The position numbers and the translations under genes are program-made. From assembly GCF_039654945.1 (NCBI RefSeq), contig NW_027361798.1:3720001-3784000 (forward strand): DNA of 64,000 bases, read 5' to 3'. Shown here piece by piece: positions 12,268-24,417 of this stretch (positions within the stretch are counted from its first letter, which is position 1; every line of letters starts with the position of its first letter). The stretch is from Dendrobates tinctorius. Lineage: Eukaryota. The notes under the pieces were generated by a model. The model was not told the origin of the DNA. It worked only from the letters and a program-made list of their open reading frames with translations, and did no database searches.

Positions 12268-13489
12268 GCCCACATCTCACGTGAGAGGCTGCAATTCCCG
12301 CTGGGGTCTAGCGGTCGCTGCTGGTGTGATCGCCGGGACCGGCTTGTGACGTTGCGCATTGGGGGAGACGTTCTCTCTTCTGGAGCTGATCCAGTGAGTA
12401 GTCTCAGTGTGAGGTGGGGCACAGATGATCCGGGTGTATGGGGGAATCGATCGGCCGCACAGTCACCTCCTATGATGCTGCAGTTACTACAGAGCAGAAA
12501 TCCGAGTGCTGGTAATAAATGTGGTTGTGCCACGTCTCCTGCTGCTGAGATCCTGTGGGTTGTAGGATGGCTGCGAGGAGTGGAATGCGGCTGCACTGAT
12601 GAATGGACGCCGGTGTGAACGCTCCTGAGCAGCGGCTCAGGATTGGGGTATCAACAGGATACCTACATGCGATGAGAGGGGCTGTCTGTGTTTCTGCGCC
12701 ACCACATGGGCAGGGAGGGACGGTGCAGGAATACAGGGTCGCTCTGCCTGTGATCAGGAGAACATCTGCCCACATCACACTTTGCGCCAATCACCGGATC
12801 TAAATCCCGGAGCAAAATATCATATACAGGAATATACCCACTGTGCCAACTGCTAATAGCAGGAATTATATCCACTGAGTCACCCACTAGAGAGATATAT
12901 AGAGGATTATACCCACTGCTCTGTCACCAGGTCCCAACTCTACAGTAACGTCATCCGAGATGTGTGGAAAGGAATCAATGACCCCAACTATGGAACCACA
13001 GCTCTGCCCCTAGTGCCGGCGCCTCCAACAGAGACCAGGAGGAGGTCGCTGCTCTCTATGGAGCTGCCCCGGGCTCAGTGGGTCCCTGTGATCTCGGGAC
13101 TCGATGTCGCAGCCCGGGCGGCTCTCTTCCTCCGGACACACTGCGGTCCCGGCTGCGGCCTCCTCTCTCGGTGCTGCCCCTGTCTTCAGCCCCTGGAGCT
13201 CGCACCACTGTTTGCACTTTCTGATCTATTCTGGGGTTGAGCCTTGTAACAGGGTGTATGGGCGCTATATCCGGACACAGACCCCTCTGTGCACAGTACA
13301 GAGCTCGGAGTGCTGCTGTGAGATGAAGGGAAGGTAACGGCGGCGGCCGATCAGGGGAGCGATCAGCAGCTCCGGGGAGCAGGACTCTGAGCTCTGCGGG
13401 TGCAGCTGCCCCAGACCGGACGGCTCACGTCACAGCGATCTCCGCTACTAAGCAGAGGGGAATAATCCGAAGGACAGGAAAGGGATTGA

Positions 13490-13560
13490 GCGGGAAATTC
13501 AAAACCATCAACGGGTCTGTGATCAGCCAATGAGAGAAGTTCGCAGGCGCGACCAATCCC
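13490..13560 (+). promoter_or_regulatory. Orphan E2F/CHR-like plus double CCAAT promoter-like element (copy at 43210-43280)
   Basis: GCGGGAAATTCAAA at 13490-13503, CCAAT at 13527 and 13553; no credible CDS follows. Confidence 0.45.
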
Positions 13561-13793
13561 AGAGCCAGGTATGGACTCCTCCGGTTAACTCCTTAGTGAC
13601 CGTGCGCTGCTCAATTCCCCCTTCTGTATGAGGCTGCATGGAAGCAGGAACAGAACCGCTGGATCTACCGATAACGGAACCGGCCAGAATAACGGCCCTC
13701 AGACAACTGTGGACTAAGCAGCCCAGATATTACCGAACCAGGAGGAAGGAAGGAGAAATGGCAGGAAGGAGCTCATCTGTGGGAGGATTTGGT

Positions 13794-13809
13794 GGCTCTG
13801 AGAAGAGCC
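13794..13809 (-). terminator. Histone 3' stem-loop of H3
   Basis: Minus strand AAA-GGCTCT-TCTC-AGAGCC-ACC. Confidence 0.95.
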
Positions 13810-13838
13810 TTTGTGTTGTGGTCGGTGCTCGGGAAGAT

Positions 13839-14330
<492 letters not shown>

Positions 14331-14730
14331 AGGATCCACGGACACTGTGGGCAACGTGATGACATAGGCACGGGTACCACCATCTTTCAGAAGGGCATGC
14401 AAGTGATTGGCTTGCTTTGGTGGGCGTCACAGGGGATATAAAAGGGCGTGCACGCCGACCGCCATTTTACTTCTGCCGATCTTAGTATAGGGAGAGGTTA
14501 CTGCTGATTCTGTAGGGAGAGCGTTAGGCAGGGAAGAAGACCAAAAAACTGCTTCTGCTGCTAGCAATTTGGCCTGCACAACACACCAGTCACTGTGTGT
14601 GCAGTGCAAGGGGAGGCTATATTGTGGTTTATCAGTGGTGTTGGTTGTTGGGCTGCCTTTTAAGGCTTCCTGATGGCTGCATTGCTGTTTACCCACTGCT
14701 CCGCAAACTGCTTTTTTAAAAGCAATCCAA

Positions 14731-15125
14731 TCTCCCTTATCCTCTCGTCACTTTGGTCACAGGCAGCTGTGCCATCGAGCGTGTCACATAGCGCTCAGAT
14801 ATCAGTGGGCCTCACACAATCCACAAGTGTCCAGTGTCCAAAAGTGTACGCAGAGATTCAAAATCTCCATTATCCTCTCGTCACTTTGGTCACAGGCAGC
14901 TGTGCCATCGAGCGTGTCACATAGCGCTCAGATATCAGTGGGCCGCACACAATCCACAAGTGTCCAGTGTCCAAAAGTGTACGCAGAGATTCAAAATCTC
15001 CATTATCCTCTCGTCACTTTGGTCACAGGCAGCTGTGCCATCGAGCGTGTCACATAGCGCTCAGATATCAGTGGGCCGCACACAATCCACAAGTGTCCAC
15101 TGTCCACAAGTGTGTGCAGAAATTC
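14731..15125 (+). repeat. 133-bp tandem repeat, ~3 copies, hAT-A 5' region
   Basis: ttatcctctcg at 14737, 14870 and 15003. Confidence 0.93.
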
Positions 15126-15211
15126 TAAAACTCCCCTGTCCTATAGACACCTTGTACCTTGTTTTACATTACTATATAGTTTGTTGGATTTTGTCTACAT
15201 TTCTACCAAAA

Positions 15212-18200
15212 ATGAGGAAGGTTGGTGGAAGAGGCCGTGGAATTGGGCGGGGGTTGGCAGCTGGTAATGAGGGTGTTGGTGGTGGATCTGCTGATGGTAG
15301 TGGCAAGAGCAAAATAGGACCGAATGCAGGAGGTGCTGACCCTGCGTCATCGTCTGGCTACATAAGGACTCGAACGCTTAGTTTTCTAGGAGTTGGCAAA
15401 CCGCTTTTAAAGGCAGAGCATCAGGAAAAAGTTTTGTCTTACATTGCTGACTCAGCCTCCAGCTCTATCGCCTCCTCTTCTTCAGTTGTAAAAAGTAAAA
15501 GCACTGAGTCGTCATTGGAGGCTCATGTTCATGAACCACACCTTTCCTTGTGTCCTTCACCCCAACCAAGATTGAAGGATGACGCAGGCCATACTACTGA
15601 TTACTCCATGGAGCTGTTTTCACATACCATGCCTGGATTATCAAGTCAAATGGTGAATTACCCAGGCCAAGATGAATCTGACATGGAGTGCACTGATGCA
15701 CAGCCGCTGATGGATGATTCTGCTGGTACATTCACTCAGAGCACTACATTGTCCTCGCAGTGTACAGAGCCAGATTTTGACCCTGATGAGACTCAGGTGC
15801 CCCTTCCCGCACACTATACCACCATACACGGTGACACAGAGAAAGGTGCACATGACATAGAAGAGGAGGTGATGGATGACCCAGTTGTTGACCCAGATTG
15901 GCATCCATTGGGGGAAGAGGGTGCTGCTTCCAATAGCTCAGATGAGGAGCATCAACAGCAGACATCGACATCGCAACAGCTGTTATCTGGCAGGCCCGGA
16001 GCACTCCAAAGACAGGTTCCAAACATCAAAAGAGTTGCTGGACAGCTTGTCCAGAGGGTCAAAAGATCACAGCGTGCTAGGCCGCAAAATGTCTGCCAAA
16101 GTAGGAAGAGTGCAGTGTGGCACTTTTTTGAACAAAATCCTCATGATCAGGCCAAGGTTATCTGTAAGAAGTGCGCAAAGACCTTTAGCCGAGGGAAAAA
16201 TCTGAAAAATTTGAATACCAGTTGCATGCTTAGACATTTAACCAGCATGCACTTGCAAGCGTGGACACAACACCAAACCTCAAGTGCCACATGTGCAACT
16301 GATCACAACAAAGGTAGTCAGCAACGCTACATTGTTTCCCCCACTGTAAGCCCACCAGTTAGCACAGCAGCAAATGTTGAGGTGTCGTTGCAAGGCCACA
16401 GCAGTCAGGGAATCCCACTGTTATATCAACGAAAGACTGAATCTAGGCCATCAGAAAGAACAACAACTCCATCACCATCATCAACCCTCTCTCAGTCCGC
16501 CCTGTCCACCGCTACTTCCACCATATGCAGCTCTCAAGTCCAGCTCACCCTCCCAGACACTATGAGTAGGTCAAGAAAGTACTCAGTCTCTCATCCGCGT
16601 ACACTGGGTTTGAACGCCCACATTGCCAAACTAATCTCGTTTGAGATGATGCCCTTTCGGTTGGTGGAAAGCACAGCTTTCCGCGAACTCATGGCCTATG
16701 CAGTACCGCGCTATGACCTACCCAGTCGCCACTTCTTCTCTCGCAAAGCCATCCCAGCCCTCCACCATCATGTGAAAGACCGCATTGTCCATGCACTCAA
16801 GCAGTCAGTGAGCGGAAAGGTGCACCTCACAACTGATGCATGGTAAAGTCGGCATGGCCAGGGCCGTTACGTGTCCATCACTGCGCACTGGGTTAATGTG
16901 GTGGATGCAGGGTCCACAGGGGACAGCGGTGGTGGGACAGTGCTGCCTAGCCCACGGTATAGGAAACAGTTGGCTGTAGGCGTTCGACCCTCCTCCTCCT
17001 CCTCCTCCAGAAGCGACAGCTCGTCCACAGAGCGCAGTCGTACAAGCACTCCATCTGTAGCTGCCACTGTTGCACACGAGGTGTCCCCTTATCGAGCAGC
17101 TAGTGTAAAGCGTCAGCAGGCTGTGTTGCAGATGATGTGTTTGGGCGACAGACACACCGCCGAGGTGCTGGCCGAGTACTTGAAGCGACAAACTGAGTCA
17201 TGGCTGGGCAGTGTACATCTTGAGGCAGGCAAGGTAGTTAGTGATAACGGCCGTAATTTTGTGGCAGCCATAGCCCTTTCAAAACTCAGCCACATACCTT
17301 GCTTGGCTCACACCTTGAACCTGGTGGTGCAGTGCTTCCTCAAAAATTATCCGGAGTTAACAGCCCTGCTCCAGAAGGTGCGAAGACTGTGCGCGCACAT
17401 CCGCCGGTCGCCTGTACACTCCGTTCGTATGCAGAAGCTGCAGCGATTGCTCCACCTTCCCAACCACCGCCTCATTATCGACATTGCAACAAGGTGGAAC
17501 TCCACCCTGCACATGGTGGAGCGGCTGTGCGGGCAGAGGCAGGCCATAATGCATTTGTGGGAGGATACACGGCCAGGCACTTTGAGAGCAGACATGGAGT
17601 TGACAGGCGTGCAGTGGTCGAAGCTGAAAGACCTTTGTAAAGTCCTTCAGTGTTTTGAGGAATGCACACGGCTGGTAAGCGCAGACGACGCCATCCTAAG
17701 CATGAGCATCCCACTTATGCGTCTGCTCATGCAAACTTTGACGCACCTTAAGGAGCAGGCGTCTGCAGCCAATGTTGATGAGGAGGAAGAGGAGGAGGGA
17801 ATTCTTGATGACATTCAGCCATTGTCTGCTCAGGGACCTCTCCTGGACGAGGTGGAGGAAGAAGAGGAGGAGGAGGATGATGGGGATGATTACTTAGGAG
17901 AGGAGGATGCATCTCGTGGGGCAAGTGAAAATGTTGGCGTGGCAAGGTCTGGTACAGGGTTTGTGCGTGACTGGAGGGATGTGGATTTGCCAGAAAGTGT
18001 TCCTCCACCCAGCACTCGCAGTGCATCATTGACACCGGGAACATTGGCCCACATGTCAGATTATGCCTTGCGGATCCTAAAAAGGGACCCCCGCATTGCC
18101 AAAATGATGAACGATGACGACTACTGGTTGGCCAGCATCCTGGATCCACGCTATAAAGGCAAATTACAAAACATCATGCCACAGGAGAACCTTGACCTAA

Positions 18201-18751
18201 TATTGGCTAATAAACAAGCAACTCTGGTAAATCGGTTGCTTGAGGCATTCCCAGCACACAGCAGCGGTGATGGTTCTCACACGAGCCGTACTGGCCGGGG
18301 GCAGCTTGGCAGAGGTGTTCGTGGTGCACACAGCAGAAGTGGCGTTGGAGACAGGGGTTTCATGACAATGTTGTGGACTGATTTTTCAAATACCGCTCAC
18401 ACAACTGGTAATACTGCATCGATGGAAAGTGACAGGAGACAGCAGTTGTCAACTATGGTTACAAACTACTTTTCCTCCCATATCGATGTTCTCCCACACA
18501 GGTCATTCCCCTTTGATTATTGGGCCGCTAAACTGGACACCTGGCCTGAATTGGCACAATATGCCTTACAGGAGCTCGCTTGCCCAGCTGCAAGTGTGCT
18601 ATCGGAAAGAGTCTTCAGTGCAGCTGGATCAATCCTAACAGAAAAAAGGACCCGTCTGTCAACCCAAAATGTGGATGATCTAACCTCCATTAAAATGAAC
18701 CACGCATGGGTTTCCAAGGATTTTGTCCCACCTTCCCCTGATGACACATAG
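15212..18751 (+). pseudogene. hAT-A transposase (ZBED-like), full length with one in-frame TAA
   Basis: ATG 15212 (MRKVGGRGRG), BED finger, DAW*SRHGQG (TAA 16844-16846); the frame continues to the hATC domain and TAG at 18751. Confidence 0.92.
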
Positions 18752-19170
18752 GGTGACAGAAAAATGGCTTGCTTTGGTCCACCTCTTCCTGGTACTTCAC
18801 CTATTTCGCCTTTTGCATCAGTTGAATTTCCAACATAAACATATGCCACTTTCTAAAACTCCCTAACTGTGCTGCCTCCCCCCCCATGGCCGGGGTCACC
18901 ACCTAGCGCACGACACCGTGCGAGTGCCGTTGCCCTGGACAGGTGGGTAGGCCGACTCTTGGGCGCGGGCACTGGCACAGGGTCCCTCATAGTGCAATCA
19001 AGTGTCTCTGACGGTGGTGGTGCACACCCGCCGTCAGACACACCGCTGTACTATGAGGGGCCCAGTGCCAGTACCGACGCCCACGAGTGGGCCCCCCTTG
19101 CTTGGCCAGGGCCCCAGCATTTGCAATCTTTACCTCTCCCTGCTCCTCCGCTGTGTAATCTGGGCCGTCA

Positions 19171-20211
19171 AATCCATACTGTGCCTGACACCGTCTGAGC
19201 CTGCCTCCTGAGACATATATTTTGAATGTGTACGCTATCCATACATGTTATCCAGGGATACGGTACCCTTTCTAACCTTTGTGCAATGACGTGCAATCCA
19301 TACTGGGCCTAACACTGTCTGAGCCTGCCTCATGCTGTATAGACATATATTTTGAATGTGTACGCTATCCATACATGTTATCCGGGGATACGGTACCCCT
19401 TCTAACCTTTGTGCAATGACGTGCAATCCATACTGGGCCTAACACCGTCTGAGCCTGCCTCATGCTGTATAGACATATATTTTGAATGTGTACGCTATCC
19501 ATACATGTTATCCGGGGATACGGTACCCTTTCTAACCTTTGTGCAATCATGTGCAATCCATACTGGGCCTAACACCGTCTGAGCCTGCCTCCTGAGACAT
19601 ATATTTTGAATGTGTACGCTATCCATACATGTTATCCAGGGATACGGTACCCTTTCTAACCTTTGTGCAATCACGTGCAATCCATACTGGGCCTAACACC
19701 ATCTGAGCCTGCCTCTTGCTGTATAGACATATATTTTGAATGTGTACGCTATCCATACATGTTATCCGGGGATACGGTACCCCTTCTAACCTTTGTGCAA
19801 TGACGTGCAATCCATACTGGGCCTAACACCGTCTGAGCCTGCCTCATGCTGTATAGACATATATTTTGAATGTGTACGCTATCCATACATGTTATCCGGG
19901 GATACGGTACCCCTTCTAACCTTTGTGCAATGACGTGCAATCCATACTGGGCCTAACACCATCTGAGCCTGCCTCTTGCTGTATAGACATATATTTTGAA
20001 TGTGTACGCTATCCATACATGTTATCCGGGGATACGGTACCCTTTCTAACCTTTGTGCAATCACGTGCAATCCATACTGGGCCTAACACCGTCTGAGCCT
20101 GCCTCATGCTGTATAGACATATATTTTGAATGTGTACGCTATCCATACATGTTATCCGGGGATACGGTACCCCTTCTAACCTTTGTGCAATGACGTGCAA
20201 TCCATACTGGG
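19171..20211 (+). repeat. 124-130-bp tandem repeat, ~8 copies
   Basis: Same unit as 8284-9258. Confidence 0.95.
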
Positions 20212-20746
20212 CGTGAGAACGGCTGGCGAGCTGTTAAGCAAGCTACAGCACCTGTCCAGACAAGTACAGGGATTCCCTAGCGAGGAGACTTATTTGATTG
20301 TTTTCTATGTTGGGACAGCAATTTTTGGGGAGCTCTATACTCTGGAGAATGATAGATGGGGCCCACCATACACTGGAACATTCCAAAGGTGGACATCAGA
20401 CACTGGAGCAGCATTTACAGGGCCCATTATACACTAGAGCATTAGAAATGGGGCCCATTTTGTTTGGAGCATTATTTGGGCCCATAAGACAGTGGAGCTT
20501 CATCCATGGGGACCAACATATACTGTAGCATTATGTGGAGCTCATCATATACTGTTTCAAACATTATATGGGACCAATGATTCTGTATGGAGAAATAGAT
20601 GGGCCTCGTCATGAGATGTAAAAAGTGAGGTATTTTTCATTGTACTATACCGCTATTTCTCTGCCGTATCGGAGCATGATGAGTTGTGGTATGTGTTAAA
20701 GGGGCGCTCTTTCGCCCAGGGCACATGAAAACCTGCAGCCAGCCCT

Positions 20747-21058
20747 CCCCCCCCACAAATTTAGCCAAATAACCCCCATTTTTCAGTGCGTAACTTGTAT
20801 TATGAAGTTAATTAAGGTTGACAAGCTTAAGTAAGAAGAATTGATGCTTTTGGCATTCAAATGGGCACTGTAGGTGTGTTTCCTGTCCTCCTCTCACTGC
20901 CGACTTTTATTCCCCATTGACTTACATTGGGTTTCGTGTTTCGGGACGACCCCGACTTTTCCCTATAATCGGACGATCTTGCTCGACCCGACTTTTGGAA
21001 AAGTCGGGTTTCACAAAACGAAACGCGACCCTGAAAAACCAAAAGTCGCTCAACTCTA
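20747..21058 (-). mobile_element. Terminal fragment of a hAT-A-related element joined to Gypsy RT
   Basis: Terminus TAGAGTTGAGCGA (minus) at 21058 with CCCGAC/GTCGGG subterminal repeats as at 9980-10063. Inner boundary uncertain. Confidence 0.7.
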
Positions 21059-23054
21059 CCCTGCAGACATCTTTCCGGTGGGTGGGCAAATCTGGCGAAA
21101 AGATGAGGATGTCATCCAGATAGACCACCACCGAGGTAGAAAGCATGTCACGGAAGACGTCGTTGACGAAATCCTGGAAGACAGCGGGCGCATTACAAAG
21201 GCCGAAGGGCATGACCAGATATTCATAATGGCCATCCCGAGTATTAAAAGCTGTCTTCCACTCGTCTCCCTCACGAATACGGATCAGGTTGTATGCCCCT
21301 CGTAGATCTAGCTTAGTAAAGAGTCGCGCCCCACGCAACCTGTCGAACAACTCGGAGATCAACGGGAGAGGGTACTTATTCTTTACCGTGATGGCATTGA
21401 GACCCCAGTAGTCGATGCAAGGGCGTAACTCTCTGCTCTTCTTCTGAACGAAGAAGAAGCCTGCCCCGGCCGGTGACACCGACTTCCTGATAAAGCCCCG
21501 TGCCAGGTTCTCCCGGATGTATTGGGACATTGCCTCCGTCTCCGGGAGAGATAATGGGTAAACACAACCTCGAGGAGTTTCTGTGCCTGGCAGGAGGTCA
21601 ATCGGGCAGTCATAGAGACGGTGCGGCGGGAGTGTCTCCGCGGACTTCTTAGAGAAGACGTCCGCATATTGATGGTAAGGTTCAGGGAGCGTGGAGAGGT
21701 TTGTAGGCAGCTCCGTAGACGCTACCTGAAGACTGTCCCTGAGACACCTACCCTCGCAGTCCTTGCTCCAGCCCAATATTCTCCCCGAAGCCCAATCAAT
21801 GTGAGGGGAGTGACATCGAAGCCAGGGAACCCCAAGGAGCACCTGATCGATGCCATGAGGCATAATAAGCAAGGACAGGGTCTCCGGATGTGAGGGGGAC
21901 ATGGCGAGACCGAGTGGGACCGTCTGATGGGTCACTCGAGACGGCAATGGTGCCCCATCCACCACCCTGATGGTCAGAGGTTGTGGGAGTAATACCAGAG
22001 GGATAGTGTGACTCTGGGCAAAACTCGAGGACATAAAGTTCCCCTCGGCCCCGGAATCCAGAGTGACCTCTGCCTCCCAGGTGGAGGAACCATTATCTAG
22101 GGTACCCCGGAATACCGGCTTAGGTGAAAAGGACTCCATCTGGGACTGGCCACCACCTACAACCATGGAACGGGGTCGTCCCTTCGGCCGCTGAGGACAT
22201 GTGCCAGCCGTGTGGCCAAAGTGTTGGCAGTGGTAACAGCGCACGGAGCCCCGCACCTGACGTGACTTAGTGCCGGTGCGAGATACCTCCATGGGCTCGG
22301 TGGAGGGAGACTCCTGTGCGGAATGGCTCAGCGGTTCGGTAAAGGTGGGAGCCAGGTTAATTTTACGTCGGGATTGAGTCCTCTCCAACCCGCGCTCCGT
22401 GAACCGGAGATCAATACGGGTGGAGACGGCGATCAATTCCTCCAGAGATGTGGGAATATCTCGGGTAGCTAGAGCATCCTTGATGTGATCAGCTAGGCTT
22501 CTCCAGAACACTGGGACTAATACTTTGTCCGGCCACTCCAGTTCGGAAGCCAATGTCCGAAACCGGACAGCATAATGGCTAACCGAGAGTGACCCTTGTG
22601 TTAAGGACAACAGGTCGAGAGCCGTATCGTGCGTGACCTGTGGTCCTAAGAAGACCTGCTTCAGAGCCGCGAGGAACTGAGCAGGCCCCTGAACCACAGG
22701 ATCATCACGTTCCCACAATGGCGTGGCCCACTGCAATGCCCGGCCAGACAATAAGGAGACAATGAAGCCCACCTTAGCCCGCTCTGTAGGAAACCGTGCA
22801 GCCAGCAACTCCAGGTGAATGGAGCACTGACTGACGAATCCCCTACAGGTGGCGCTTTCACCCGAAAACTTATCGGGGAGCGGGAGGGAAGAGATTGTCG
22901 GCGAGGGCAAGAGTGTGGGTACACGTGAGACGGCCTCAGCGACCGTCTGGGCGGCAGCTAGCGCAGCATTCGCAGCTGAGTTGGTGCTCTCGATAGCCGC
23001 CAACCTGCTCTCCAGCTGCCGAATGTAGCGCTGCAGCTGCTGCACGTCTGCCAT
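21059..23054 (-). pseudogene. Single-frame gag-protease-RT, truncated shortly after YLDD
   Basis: PDKFSG gag motif, CYHCQHFGHTAGTC zinc knuckle, LDSGA protease, YLDD. Confidence 0.92.
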
Positions 23055-23082
23055 TGCCAGCCAGACCCTGGCGCTAGTGTAA

Positions 23083-23671
23083 TGTTATGGTCGGCGGAAC
23101 GCACCAGATATAAAATAATAAGAGGTGCGTTCGCCGCCCGGGGTCCACCGTGCGGTAGTTGGTAAGACCGCTGCTGGGCAATGGCAGATGCACCAGAAGG
23201 TGAAGTAGTGCGCACGGGTTAATGTCACCCGAACGCTAGGAGCGGCTCTGTTCAGACACAGAGTCGCTTGCCAGAAATAAATACAAAGGTGCTGGCCCTG
23301 TTATCGTCACAGGAGTCAGCGTGTGGCGTCGCAGCCGCGAACACCAATAGCTGCTGTTAATGCAGCGCAGCGGCAACTATAGCCGCAAGCGTCGGCGCCG
23401 AGGACCGGGCACCGACGGACGCTAGTGTAGGCGAAGGAGCACTGTGGCGTAGCTTGCCACTGCCTGGTGCTGACCTAAGAACACTCTCTGTCACCAATCG
23501 TATTATCCGAGGGAAGGGGTTTCATAATGAGTCAGCCAACAGTCCATGCATCCGTCACCATTCACACAAATAGCAAGATAAGTCTACACTAGCGCATCGC
23601 CGAGCCGCCCTGCGGGCTTTTTATAGCGATGCGCTTCCGGAACCTTCCATTAGCTTGGGAAGGACCAATCA
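23083..23671 (-). repeat. 5' LTR of Gypsy 2 (U3-truncated)
   Basis: TATAAAAA on minus at 23625-23618, CCAAT near 23666; U5 end homologous to LTR 1. Confidence 0.75.
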
Positions 23672-24350
23672 GAGCAGCTGGCGTTACTGAACCCCACTAA
23701 CAAAGGAACTAGTGTTTTTCTCTGTGCAGATGGCAGTGTTGGAGCCCAGGGTCAATCATGGAGTAGGCTGAGGCCTACTTGGAGCAAGTGTAAAATCTGA
23801 TGTAGTTTGAATGTGGAGGGAGCAGGAGATATTGCCGGACACACAGCAGGGGAGCAGCTGGCGTTATTGAACCCCACTAACACTGCAGCATGTGTTTTTC
23901 TCTGTGCAGACGGCACTTCTGAGCAACAACTGGCAGTGTTGGAGCCTAGGGTCAATCATGGAGTAGGCTGAGGCCTACTTGGAGCAAGTGTAAAATCTGA
24001 TGTAGTTTGAATGTGGAGGGAGCAGGAGATATTGCCGGACACACAGCAGGGGAGCAGCTGGCGTTATTGAACCCCACTAACACTGGAGCATGTGTTTTTC
24101 TCTGTGCAGACGGCACTTCTGAGCAACAACTGGCAGTGTTGGAGCCCAGGGTCAATCATGGAGTAGGCTGAGGCCTACTTGGAGCAAGTGTAAAATCTGA
24201 TGTAGTTTGAATGCGGAGGGAGCAGGAGATATTGCCGCATACAAAGCAGGGGAGCAGCTGACGTTGCTGAACCCCACTAACACAGGAGCGAGTGTTTTTC
24301 TCTGTGCAGACGGCACTTCTGAGCAACAACTGGCGGTGTTGGAGCCCAGG
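23672..24350 (-). repeat. 200-bp tandem repeat, ~3.4 copies, hAT-B 3' region
   Basis: gtcaatcatg at 23751, 23951 and 24151. Confidence 0.93.
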
Positions 24351-24417
24351 GATTACAGTTCAGGTGGTTGAAACATGAACACAACAGGACACCTGGATAC
24401 TGTTGCCAACTAATTAT

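Larger units (their letters stand above)
21059..23671 (-). mobile_element. Gypsy chromovirus-like element 2, 5' half (partial 5' LTR, PBS, gag-pro-RT)
   Basis: LTR ends ...CATAACA at 23083; gag-pol ORF follows; cut at 21059 by a hAT end. Confidence 0.92.

Noticed and set aside
12596-12640. CTGATGA as a hammerhead ribozyme core (cf. newt satellite 2)
   Set aside because: No stem II followed by GAAA, and no supporting helices.
20212-20746. Possible old non-autonomous hAT fragment ending GCCAGCCCT
   Set aside because: Only one degenerate terminus and no TSD; cannot be supported without a library search.
20922-23054. 710-aa ORF as a domesticated PEG10/RTL-like gene
   Set aside because: It retains LTR and PBS, and its last ~45 codons are read-through into a hAT end, so it is a truncated retrotransposon.
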